Assembly (NCBI GenBank): GCA_964187785.1
Contig: OZ076409.1
Span: 28,212,001-28,276,000, forward strand
DNA length: 64,000 bases
Origin: Amphiscolops sp. MND2022
Lineage: Eukaryota
Direction of reading: 5' to 3'
The notes below the pieces were generated by a model. The model worked only from the letters and a program-made list of their open reading frames with translations. It did no database searches and was not told the origin of the DNA. Both the position numbers and the translations under genes were made by a program. How positions within the stretch are numbered: the first letter of the stretch is position 1; each line of letters begins with the position of its first letter. Below, piece by piece: positions 1 to 12,081 of this stretch.

Positions 1-393
1 CGAATATCCCATTCGTGTTAATTCAAAAATTGTTCGTACACTTAACGAAGATCCTCGATACACCGTCTTACCGGCAAGATTTATAAACAACAGTTCACTC
101 TCAACTCAAAGAAAACAAAGAGAATTACGAAGATTACAAGAACCACAACTCACATTAAAATTTGAAGTAGAAGTCACATTCAACTCGTTAGGACCTCATC
201 CATTCTCTCTTTCAACAAGAGTAGCACACAAAACAACCCCATCACCATTCATAGTCACATCCATTTCTTACCTTTGTGACGCAGATTTACCTGAGATTAG
301 AACAGGACATATAAACTTTTTAAATCCCTACTCCGGACTCAATTATAGAACAATATTTTAATTACAGAACAAAATTTTAACTAAATTTTTACC

Positions 394-2967
394 ATGAATC
401 AAATCACCTTTACCCTATATTTAATATACATAATACAAATTGTTAAATACACATATATAATACACATAGTTCACTCTTTAGTTCACCCTTCAACTGTTCC
501 TAAAGTTGACACCACCAATTCTGAAAATCATATTTCAGACCAAGACCCTAACATTTTAAATTTGATGGTATCCCATTATGATTGTGCAAAACAAAACAAG
601 TTAAGACAATTCAGTTTATTAAATGTAGAACAATGTAAACAAGCACCTTCAGATATACAACACACAAAAACCCAAGCAACAGTTTATGTTAGAGCAAAAG
701 CTAAAAGAACAAAAGGCTTTAAATGCGAAGCATATATAAAGACTGAGAAAGTCTGGTGTTCACAAACATTCACATCTAGTAGACGATATGATCGTTTACA
801 ATGGGGACAGAACACATTAGAACTTCCAAAAATATTGGACCCTATTGAGTGCAAAAATATGATCAGATATCTAAACGCGACTGATAGCGAAGAACTAAAC
901 AACTACAATATACAAAGCTCTTTCTCATTGTTCGACGATAGTAACTATCAAAACACAATTGAACGAATTCAGACACCATTTAGAGTAAAAAAGCTAATTA
1001 CATGGCATATTGGAACCTTCGTATTCGATGAAAATTATCCCGACTGGATAGTTAATGTTACACAAAATACATACTCCAGATGTCGGTCAGACCGAGAACA
1101 TTTAATTACCCGACAAAGTTGGAAACTTAGAATTGTTAACACCGCAATAGATTATGACGATAAAAACAATCAATTAATACATGACGGACACATATTACCA
1201 TGCTACCATTCAGACGGATTTTGTAAACCAACGACCAAAACTCCTTATACATTAACATGGTGTGATGAAAAATTTTGCCTCATATTTCAACTTCAAGAAT
1301 TCATTGGTAGAATGACACGAATCAAGGATAGATACTGGATAGAAACCGATACCTTTATTGAAACTTCAAACATCACACAAAAACTTCAAACCGAAGGAAT
1401 ACAAGGAACAAGATATCCCAATGTGAAAACACCACAATCAAAAGTAAGCAATCCAAGCCTTTCTCGATTTGAAATATACCCAATTGCACAAACCTTCTGT
1501 GGAAAACCTGAACCATTATTCTCAACATAATATGAAGACATCTTTGTTACATACTTAGATGGTTTTGATATGAACACAGGATTACCAAAACCACACTCAA
1601 TAATTGACCAAACAATTAGTGGAAATATAAAATATGATGATTCAAATAAAAGGTATATATTCCCTGCATTGAATATATGAAACAATTTCGCCACTTTAGA
1701 TTATGATGCCCATATTAATACAAAAATTGATTTCACAATAAATCATGTATTTAAATCCATGACAGTACAAGAATTAAACACCCTTCAAACAATATGTGAA
1801 CTGGAAAGAACTCAATTGTTAACGATCTTAGCTATGTCAGTTAAAAATCCTCAATTAGCCGGTTTCCTTTTAACTGCAAATCGTAGTAACTTTCTCTAGG
1901 TTGAAGGAGCTACAGCATGGCTGTATGATTGCCCTCATTTTATATCACCATTATACAAGGCAGACAAATGCTTTGATAGAATTCCTATACACTACAGAGA
2001 AACGATAATGTATGTTGATCCTATAACAAGACAAACTTTTAACTATGCAACACCAATTGAATGTGGAAATAACCCACAAAATATAATAGAGTTAGATCCA
2101 GATTCTAACGACGGAGATTTTTATGTGTTAACACCAGAACCACTCAAACGAGAAGCACCACAAATATTTGAACCTACCCAAATTAAAACAACAATCACTC
2201 CCAATACATTTACCGCCCAAGATGCCGGTATATACTCAAATGCAGAATTAGATCAATTCTGGAATAGAGTATTATTTGCTAAACATTCAGACACAACTCT
2301 TCAATTACTTGGAAAATCATTAAGCTATGATTTTATCTCAATGCATAATGATAAACACTCATACTCAGGACATAATCCTTATAATCATTTAAGGATTGGA
2401 GTACATGACCACTTGTTAAAGCTTTTACCACTTTTTAATCCTGACTGGTTCAGTCAAGCTTTCATTAATTTCTTTGGATATCCATGTTATGTTTTAACAC
2501 AATGTGGAATTTATTTTTCAACATTTCTTTTCATTAGAGAAGTTTTAACATTTTTACTCAAATTCTACAGAACAACTAGTATAGAATATAATCTCCAAAG
2601 CAACATTTCCATTTTGAGTTCAATAGCCCATGGATTTTTTAATATAGTTAAATCGGAAATGGTAACCGACTTAAACAATACAGGAAAACGAAAACGGATA
2701 TATACTAAACACAAAATTACAAGTGAAAATGATAATATCCTCTTGCCGGAAAAAGAATTAAACAATAAACGAAGATACTCTGATAGTGGCTCCCCTTATT
2801 TACCTCCTAAATATTCCAGTAAGAATTCAACATTTCAATCACCGCAAAAGACACACCCAACTAATGTCAACGATATTAATTCTCAGGACTATGACCCAAT
2901 ATTATCGAATGTAATAGCTGTGCCGGAAAGTCCTGCTAAAGTCTTTATAAAATTCAATCCCTCCTAG
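394..2967 (+). pseudogene. env-like viral glycoprotein, chuvirus G-like (class III fusogen), three in-frame stops
   Basis: ORFs 394-1530 and 2008-2967 share one frame, which reads through with stops only at 1528 (TAA), 1678 (TGA) and 1897 (TAG). It has a hydrophobic N-terminus, HYDC, a Cys-rich ectodomain, ICELERTQLL..LAGFLL..EG..AWLYDCP..KCFDRIPI..YVDPITRQ..IEC, and a C-terminal hydrophobic/TM region (FFGYPCYVLTQCGIYFSTFLFI). Confidence 0.75.
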
Positions 2968-3407
2968 CTAAAAAGCAATAACTCAAAAAACAAATTAACC
3001 TCAGAAAAGTTCAAAAAATTATCAATAAAAATTCTTCTCAGTTTAACTTTCATTCAAACCCAAATTCTCACTCGGACCAGTCTCTCCTTTTCAACTCAAC
3101 AACATATTCACTTGCCCATCACAACTCAGCTCTCAACCAGAAGACTTCAACTGGATTTTCAGTCCATCTAAAAGACCGAAATTACAGAAGTTTCTATTCC
3201 TGGAATAGATGCCACTGTGATTGTTGATGTTTTCAACCCATCATTGATTCAGTATTCCCATATTGTAAGTACAATTTAAACTTCATTTTTAACAAACAAT
3301 TTAATGGATAGAAACGACATAACGAAATTTTTCCTCATTATTAGGAATAATATAATCAAACGTTATAATCATTATTTTAGCTCTACAAAAACACGCAAGT
3401 TTAAATA

Positions 3408-4626
3408 ATGGAATCCTTGCCTGAAATTGATGTAGTTAATTCTAACCCCTCTGAATTGCTTGCATCCCCTTTGAAAATAACTATTCAACAAAATGTTAAC
3501 GAAGATAACTCTTCCTCAAATTCTCAAGACCCCATAGAAACTATTCCTATTGAACAAGTAGATCATGTTAACGCAAGATCTCAAAAAAGAAAGTACCCAG
3601 ATATAACTGCAGACAAACCTTTTATGGAATCTGGCGCTTGCCCTCCTTTCATAAAACCCATTAAACAAGATGAAGATAGAGATTGTGAATTAGTTCCTAT
3701 TCTCTCGTCAAAACACTTCACCTTTCAATCTCAGTTAACCTCGTTATATATGATTCCAACAAAATACAAATTAATCATCAGAGAATTTAAAAATGATTAT
3801 CATACATCAATTGCTTCAAAATTGATCACCCCATATGATTGGTGGTTAAACAATAAAGTGAAAATTTTCTCACTCCAATACAAGTTTCTCAGACCATCTC
3901 CATATGATCTTCGAACCGAAGAAAATGATGCAAATTTTTTGCCATACCAAATCAAAAAGGCTCACCACATCAGAAGTTTCTTCAATATAAAGAGCCCGAT
4001 AATTACATATTCTTCAACTCCAAATATACATCGCCATTCATTTTCAACTCAGAATATTTAATAGATCATACCAAAACAAAAGGAAAACTTAGAAATTATG
4101 ACCCGCTGAAACAAAGTTTTCTCTTCCTTCCAAATGATAACCCAAAAAGACCAATCATCGTACCACAAGAATACCTCATTCTAAACGACGATTCGTTACT
4201 ACAAGAAGATATACCTCAACATATATCTGATCCTCTTCCTCCACTTCAACATATAGCCTCTCTCAACTGGCTTTGGGAGACTGTGAAAAATCTTATTTTC
4301 ACGCAATGACCAAAAAGGGATATTCGAATAATGAATTAATTTTCATTATTTCTCATCTGCTTTCACTTCTTACAAATGGAAATCACAAAGAACATAAAAA
4401 GGCAAAACAAGAATCGCCAAAGAAAACCAAAAATGATATTCCTCAACCACAAAGTTTTCGCCCAACAGACGAATTACAGAAATATACAGAAATCCTGAAT
4501 ATCATAAAACCGTATCATCATCCGAATCGAGATATTCTTATAACAATCGCTGAAATCGTAAATACCGTTGAACAAGCTCGAAGCATAATACAAAATATCG
4601 TATTTGATACGACAAGAATTAGCTAA
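3408..4626 (+). pseudogene. accessory ORF(s) of unknown function downstream of env, frameshifted
   Basis: ORF 3408-4061, an open segment ~4055-4309 in another frame (YLIDHTKTKGKLRNYDPLKQSFLFLP..PIIVPQEYL) and ORF 4273-4626 are contiguous. The ATG at 3408 overlaps an upstream TAA (TAATG). Confidence 0.5.
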
Positions 4627-5039
4627 TCAGCTTTGTGCATTCGCACATCTTTAGACGAATTCAACTACACTATTGAAAAAATGCACCGATCTTAACTGGT
4701 AATTATGGGATAATCACTTTAAATTGTTAACACTTATCACTTAATCTCTTAACAACCTGTCAAAATTATTTGAGTCTACACGCATATGCCTGCTATGCAC
4801 GATTATAATACATGCTTGATGTTAAAATACTCTTGTAAAATAAAATAACATAAAAAATTTCAAACACGACATAAAAATTTTCAACAAAATTTCTCAATTG
4901 ATCCTCCTTTTAACGGACCGATTTCAACTAATAAGTACTTATATGAAAGATATTTAAATACCCTTCAAAAGACTTCCAAAATACAGCAACTTAATTCTTA
5001 AAATTAAAAAGTTATAACATCACAAATTTCATTTAAAAA

Positions 5040-6700
5040 ATGTCAACTACGAAATTCTATTTTCAAAGGAAATTTATTGTAAACAAACTAATCTATTTTA
5101 GGTGAATATCGTCACAACTGTTTCTTCAGCATTCCTTCCTCCTCTCAAGCCATCCATTCAAGAAGATTTCCAAAGTATCTTCTACAACTTTCAACGAAAT
5201 TTTCCCATTCTTCAATATGACAACTATTCATTCTGGCGACATAGACTGCCCGATAGCTCCTTTTCTTTCAATTTCTTCAGCTCGATTGCGATCCTTGATC
5301 CTGAAGAAGCATTTAACGACATTAAATGCGCAGCTTAGAGCAGATAAAAAGGCAGACCCACATCTTACAAGGATGATATTGCTTAATATATTCCAAATAT
5401 TCCAAATAACAAGAATAAACTTCGACCAATACCTCCATATTCATAAACATCCTGACACTTATTCAACCCAACGAGACGCCACTACGCAAACAGAACATAC
5501 TACCATTAAGCCCAAACGTTTAGTACGAAATCTATCCAATAGAATGCGTTCTGAAATGGAAAAATAATGTCTAAATTCATATCGGCCTTCAGATGATAAC
5601 GATGATACTGACGAAGAACTTCAAAAAGACCCTCCAGAAGCACTTACAGATGATAATTATCCGCACAAAACATATACTTACGTTTCTTTCTAATATCAAC
5701 AGATGCCATCAACAGCACCCGTCCACGCCCATCTTCAAACCCAACATCTTCCACGATTGATCGTCGCAGATCAGCACCCATCTTCAACTTCATCGCCGCC
5801 CAACAGTTGCCCCATCTTCATTCATCTGCTGACCCATCTGCATCTATCTTCCAATCTTCAATCGTCAGCCATCCAATTCTCAGCCAAAGATGATCGATAA
5901 TTAATAAAAAAGAAAACTCAAAGAAAAAACATTGTGCATGATAACATTTAGAAACAGTTTCAAACTCATCTAATATTTAAAAGAATTCAAACTCATACCG
6001 AAAATATTCACAATTTAGTTATTAATTCAAATTTCATCCCCACCCATATTTATTTGCCCTAAAATCCTTTAATTTACACCCGTACCGATATTTATTTGCT
6101 TTATTTTTAAAGAATAATTAAAAATTATTATTATTTTTCGGTGCTATCCTATCCAAAAAGTTAACATATATTACCAACAAATCTTTTCAAATTTCAACTA
6201 AACCAGCTCAAAAATAGATCAAGCACATTGTTCAAATCCAATTCGAATAATGACAGACCCAAATTCTTGAAGTTTTCAACATTTGTTACATAACAAACCC
6301 GCCAAAGTTGATCACAACCTGATATCTTTTCAGACAGATTTCACACTCGATGAAAAAATTTTTTCTTCTCAACGATAATACTTCAATGACTCTTTGACCT
6401 TTAACTCGTATGATGTTTGCTCACGTTTGTTCAATGCGAAGTTCATTCAAAACTTCAACAGAAGCATAAAATTGAGCACCTACCAGTTCAAAAAACAAGC
6501 CGACGAAAGCATAGCGAAAAAGAACACTTTGACGCTTTTTGAACCGTAGTCGCACCTACGAGGTGTCACTCAAAAATTTGACAATTCAAGGTACACAAAT
6601 GAGTCGAACTTACACCACTCTTAAAAAAGACTTATGCCAATCATCCATCAAATGAAAAATGTTAACTAGCTGAAACGCTAAAAACATTTAAACAACATTT
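5040..6700 (+). pseudogene. further decayed accessory ORF remnants of the same element
   Basis: Overlapping short ORFs 5102-5338 and 5217-5567, an acidic segment (DDNDDTDEELQKDPP) near 5590-5690, and an interrupted frame from ATG ~6250. Same strand bias as the env region. Confidence 0.3.
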
Positions 6701-6762
6701 TTTCTTCATTTTAAATAATGATGCTACTTTAAAAGTTTATTTTATTTAAAAACCGGGATGGA

Positions 6763-7079
6763 TGTACTGACCTACATTAATAACCAATAGTATTTAGATG
6801 TTTATAGAATGTTCTAGAATGTACATTTATTTGTTATTAAATGACTGTAAATCTCTACTCCCTCAGAGAGAGAAAACTAATAATCAGTATTCAGTTGACT
6901 TCCTTTTCGTTCTGCTTCTAACACCTCGAACTAGTTGTAATAAAGTAAGCTAGCTAGCCTGTCTCTTAGCCGCTTTTAGTAGTCGTGAATAATACCATCC
7001 AAAGAAGTAACCAACCATTAAAAGCAGCACACTACCTTCTACCTATTGTAGACTGGTACTGAAACAGCGAAGTTTAACA
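6763..7079 (+). repeat. putative 3' LTR (~317 bp)
   Basis: Begins TGTACTGA right after the PPT-like tract, contains AATAAA at 6939-6944 and ends TTTAACA. The partner LTR is not in the window, so the 3' boundary is inferred. Confidence 0.6.
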
Positions 7080-8477
7080 AATATTTTCAGAAACGCCTAC
7101 AGTTAGCTCAATTCACTCAATTCAATTCCGCTGGTAATGAAGAATTTCACTGCAAAACGAGTCAAGAAAATTCTAAGAAACATTTTTGAAATCTACATAA
7201 TAGATAACAAGCAACTATTCAAACTCTTTTTCTAATTTCACAAAAGCTAAAGCCTTTTTGCGAAATTTGTGAACAAGGCTTTTGTTCACAACAATTGGTT
7301 CTGGGCAAAAGCTGAACTACCTGAAAATCTCCTCTTTTGTCCTTTTCTGAGAGATTATTTCAACGAGAGATTGCTATAATTGTTTCAAAGTAAGGATTTC
7401 TTAATAAATAAACTATTCTATTCTGTTGTGTTCTATCAATAATTTTTGAGGCGATCATTCGGTGTACAAGTTTTTGATCCTTCGTTTTCAGGTATTAAAA
7501 AACTAAGAGGGAAATACAAAATTTATTGACTTTGTATACGGTGTTCCCTATAGTGTGCACTGGAAAACTTAAACCGAACAAGCAAAACATCACATTAACA
7601 TAATGTCTCGAAACGTAACATGATTCTGAATTATGCTGTCAATCGAAAGATTAAAAATTGAAAGTATTAAACCTAAACCAAAACAGAACTTTCAAGCTAT
7701 CTGGTATTTTATGTGGTCTGAAATACAGAATCTTGAAAATGTTTTGGGTTGTGAAATTGTTTGCTAGCAAGTAATTAATTCAACGAGCACTCTCCGTTTA
7801 TAAATGCTCAAGTGTGATCACAGTAAATTAGGAAAACTATGATGAATTAGTATAGCAAGATTTTATACAGAGTGATGTAATCCAGAGTATCAAATGATCA
7901 CAACAAACGTATACTTGATAGCATTTGCTGTGATTTTTTCCAATGCGCCCCATGAGCAATTTAATATAACAACTTCGATGCTATAACCCTATGCTAAAAT
8001 GTACCCTTAAAAATTGATTAAACAATTGTTTCTCTCTAGCCACTACGCTACTTTGTTTCAAGCGTAGGCCAGGTTTGCCTTGAATTCCAGTGACCTAACC
8101 TTGGAGGGCGCATTCAGTTCTTTTTGAGAAGCTTTTCTCGAACCATTTTTGCTACTTCCTTGAGAAAAGGTAGGAGAAAGCTAGTTTAATGGTTGGTCTA
8201 GTTCTCATTGATAACTTCGACTTATAAAACCAAATAAATTAGTTAGTATAATATGAAAAATGCTTCCAGGATCTCCGTCATCAAAGAACGACTGGGGTTG
8301 GCTCGTGTGCGCTGGAACTTCTTCTTATATCTCAGAAGTACACACAGAGATGGATAACAGTTTCCAGGTTTGCCATTCTTCTATTAGACATCGAAACCCG
8401 TATCTGAAAATTCAGAGTATGAAAGATGTAAAAATGAATGTAGTCAAAACACATGAAAGTTTTTCGTCGCTCACTTC

Positions 8478-8571
8478 TGTTGTTTTGCTGGTTCCAGAGT
8501 GGTTGTTTCGCCACTCCTACTGTGCACAGTAGGAGTGGCGAAACAACCACTCTGGAACCAGCAAAACAACA
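8478..8571. repeat. perfect 94 bp palindrome (hairpin/foldback element)
   Basis: 47 bp arms are exact reverse complements around the centre TGTG|CACA with no spacer. Outer GTCGCT...AGCGAC extends the symmetry. Confidence 0.95.
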
Positions 8572-8912
8572 AAGCGACAGTTTCATGCCATGTGTGAATT
8601 ACCAAAAAAAATTGTCCTCGGAAATTTAGTCGCCGGTAATTACGTTCTCTAAACGTTGCCGCATTTTAGCTTATCTATTAGGAATCGTCTGTGACTTTTG
8701 AGTCTACTCATCTTTAGGCAAAAAAGTTTTCAAAGCAAAATTTTAATTACTAATGGAAAAAACCTCCCTTTTGGCAGATTTTTTTACACATTACTGCTAC
8801 GCATATTCAAACCTTTGTGCAATGCTTGAACAATGTTTTGAATGTTAGTTGGTAAAATAGCTCAGGGCTGAAAGTATCTCGTTGCTCAATAAGCGTCTTG
8901 ATTGAATGCAAT

Positions 8913-9322
8913 CAGGCGTGTTCAATAAATAATTATGGGTAAGAATATTTACAAATAAACTAAAATAATTTATTTTTACATTCAAATGAATAAAAATAAT
9001 TATTTTTGGACCTGTTAAAAGAAAAATAACTTGTTCTTGAGATAACAAAAACTAAGAGTGTTTAACTTAACATCGTCAGCCAATTTTTAGCAAAGCAAAA
9101 CGTGTCATGGGATATCACCACCAAAAAACTCAGTAAACTTTGAGCCGCATTTTTTAAACTATGATGTTCAGAGCATAATTCAAGTTTTTATTGATCCGTT
9201 TTTCGCTGAGAATAAAAATAATTATTTCAGCAGTCAAATAAAAAAGTTTTTTTTCTACTCTAAAAATAAAATAATTCATTTTAGGCAATAATAATATTCG
9301 AATAAAATATTGAACACCCCTG
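8913..9322. mobile_element. hAT-like MITE (410 bp)
   Basis: TIRs CAGGCGTGTTCAATA / TATTGAACACCCCTG, flanked by an exact 8 bp TSD AATGCAAT (8905-8912 and 9323-9330). Confidence 0.85.
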
Positions 9323-9837
9323 AATGCAATCAACTTTCGGCCTCAAGGTTGGTGTCAAACTGGCCCCAGTTTTATATTAAATAATTGAATGATTAAAATG
9401 GTATTTTCGCGAACACTGTAAATTCTAATCAATACGACGAAATTTCTGCATATGCTAATAATATGACGAAATTTCACACGACCAAATTTCCGCCTCCCAC
9501 ATTTTCATACTCGGGAATTTCAAGATTTTGAACAGAGGAGTAACATTGGCATGAAGAACTATAGATGACAATGAGATTAAAACATGTGGTTTTAAACTAA
9601 CAGTTCATAGAGGTAGAAAACCCGTCGTTTGCAAACATTCTACGACTTTAATTTTCATCTTTCTCCAAAAGTTCTGTCGGACCACGTTTTTTATCCCACC
9701 TGGTTTCGAATCCCCCCAAACACTAATTCACATTTTATTCTTGAGGAAAAATATTTCACTAATAAGAGAATATTATATGAATGTAAATACTTGAAGGACT
9801 GTCTCAGTCTTTTTGACACTTCCAACAAACAATGACT

Positions 9838-10144
9838 TGCGCAACTTTCAACTGGCGGTCAATGTAAAATATAGGATTGCAATTGCTATTTTGGACAATA
9901 ATATCAAAAAATATATATATTTTTTTGATATTATTGTCCAAAATAGCAATTGCAATCCTATATTTTACATTGACCGCCAGTTGAAAGTTGCGCATTAAGT
10001 TTTATGGCGGAGAAAATAATTTAAAAATTCACACTTGGAACAAACTAAGAATCGTATAAAAAGGCCTTATTCCAACGCAAATTTTCTCCGCCATAAAATC
10101 TAATGCGCAACTTTCAACTGGCGGTCAATGTAAAATATAGGATT
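9838..10144. repeat. compound palindrome: three copies of one unit in alternating orientation
   Basis: 9838-9994 is a near-perfect 157 bp palindrome (A6 versus T7 near the centre). Its right arm plus extension (~9955-10018) is inverted again at 10081-10144. Confidence 0.93.
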
Positions 10145-10560
10145 ATGTCGACATAAAGTATTTTATATGACCAAAATAATGCAAAAGATGTCGAAATAAT
10201 GACATTTGAACATTCTTCCTTATCCCCCCGCGGGCGCTTCGGGGATTCAGAAACATGGTCCGTTGTGTCATGACAATTAACAATGGTCAGAGCTCCTTTC
10301 AGGCACTGTCAGCGATCGCCAATATTTCATTCTCACAAATTCAATGCAAAAAGCCTTGTGCCAATCTGGAAGATGCTAACAATTGCGCTAAGGAGTCAGA
10401 TGAAGGCTTCAATCGAAGGCCTGTGATAATATCGTTGTTTGGTCAACGCAATTCAACTGAGGCTGAATTCAAACCTCTCCAGGAAGTGACGTCATCAATC
10501 AAATCACACTCTCACTACTGCGTCTTCAATCATCCAAATATCGGTGAGTACCTAAATTAG

Positions 10561-10926
10561 GGGGGGGGGGGGGACTGTTCAATTCGTCGAACATTCTGTT
10601 AATTTAGCGAGCATGGTATGACGTAATACAATGAATTGATTTTGGCCAATCAAATTCGAGCATTCAAAAATATGATAACGTAGTCAGCTATGTTCACATA
10701 GTCCTAGTGCCCAGGAGCGAAGCGAAGCGGAGCGACGTGCCATATGGCCATGCCTAAAGATTGCTACTTGGCGAAGGGAGCGAAGCAACCGAGCCATACA
10801 ACAAATATGCTAATCGCCACAAAATATAACCAAATAAAAATAATCGCTGATATGGAATTCTTTCGACGCATTGAATAGCTTTTCAATTTTCGACGATTTG
10901 AATGTTCGACGAATTGAAGTTGCACC
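10561..10926. mobile_element. Mutator-like MITE
   Basis: TIR core TTCAATTCGTCGAACATTC / GAATGTTCGACGAATTGAA. Flanking direct repeat CTAAATTAG (10552-10560, 10927-10935). The left terminus is a G-run. Confidence 0.75.
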
Positions 10927-11553
10927 CTAAATTAGTTTTAAATTCAAACATCCAGTCTTTCTCTGGTTTTGTAAGTTTTCATTTCTGAAGACTTACAATT
11001 CAATTCGTTATTTCAAAAAACTCAGAAATGGTCACCATTCGAACCTGATTCTTTATTTCCCGGATTCCTAACACAAGAGGTTTGTGAAAGCTACCACCTT
11101 GCGTCTCTGCTTTTCAGAACATTTCGTGGAATGCTTTTCAACTCCTTCTGGAAAGCAAAGTGGGCTCCAGTTACACCTAGCTTTTCGAGTGTAAATAGTG
11201 AATGATTGGCACCGTGCACAATATGAAAAAGTAAATAATGACCAGCTTCCGCTCCTTATTTAGACTATGCAACTCAATTTCCTAAGTTCTATATGTAAAA
11301 AGATTTATTTGCTAACTTGTCTCGTTTTAGCTGTAAGGCTTCCAAAATTAGACAATGTAAACTAGACCAAATTCCAAGAAACTTTTGTTTCTATCATATT
11401 TTGGAAAATTTCACTATTTTCGAGAAATTCGCAAACTCAATAGGCGTTCCAAACCTAATTACCAAACAGAGGTTCCATTCTTTTATCACAGGACTGTAGC
11501 TTTTAGTGCTGTTACAACCAATATGTTGGAACTTGATTTATTTGAAAAAGTTT

Positions 11554-11691
11554 GCATATTTATTGTATGGCTCGGTCGCTTAGGTCCCTTCACCAAGTAG
11601 CAACATTGAGGCATGGCCATATGGCACGACGTTCCGCTTCGCTCCTGCGTTTAGGGCAGTAGGGGTATGTGAACATAGCTGACTACGTTAT
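11554..11691 (-). repeat. diverged inverted copy of 10675-10810
   Basis: GCATATT..TGTATGGCTCGG..CAAGTAGCAA..GGCATGGCCATATGGCACG..TATGTGAACATAGCTGACTACGTTAT is the reverse complement of the interior of the MITE above. Confidence 0.85.
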
Positions 11692-12081
11692 GATAATAAT
11701 TCCGACGAACTCTGACACGCGTTTTCAGCCTAGTGAATTTAATTCGATTTCTAATTTCAGCCAATTAGATTGCAGCATAAAAATTATTCTGCTGTTTCAA
11801 ACCCTTTTTTCATTTTCTGCTATTTGGGATTTCGGCTGTTTTGGGAAATTATTTTGGCGGTTAAATAAATAATTTGTATATCGAGATTCGAAAATAAGTT
11901 ATTTTATTTCCTTCATCTCAATTATTATTATTATTGACAGACCAGGTCATCTATTTCTCTCCCAGGTACACCGTGTTGGGAATTCCCCCCAAGCACGAAT
12001 ACGGCTTTGTCACGAGAAAGGTTTTTATTCAATGAATAAAACAAGGTGATATGCTTACAATTGTTAACAAAAGCGTTCAAA

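Larger units (their letters stand above)
1..7079 (+). mobile_element. 3' part of an env-bearing LTR retrotransposon / endogenous virus-like element (5' part outside window)
   Basis: G-poor, A/C-rich plus strand from 1 to ~6700 containing a glycoprotein pseudogene and further ORF remnants. It ends in a purine-rich tract (AAAAACCGGGATGGA, 6748-6762) followed directly by a TGT...ACA segment. No gag or pol is visible in the window. Confidence 0.7.

Noticed and set aside
1528..1899. Alternative genetic code or programmed readthrough in env
   Set aside because: All three stop types occur and neighbouring ORFs are frameshifted, so ordinary decay is the simpler explanation.
9804..9998. Mirror-image ORFs on both strands (63 and 61 aa)
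   Set aside because: Artefact of the palindrome.
10675..11691. Inverted pair as TIRs of one 1 kb transposon
   Set aside because: The left copy lies inside a separate TSD-bounded MITE, and no TSD flanks the pair.
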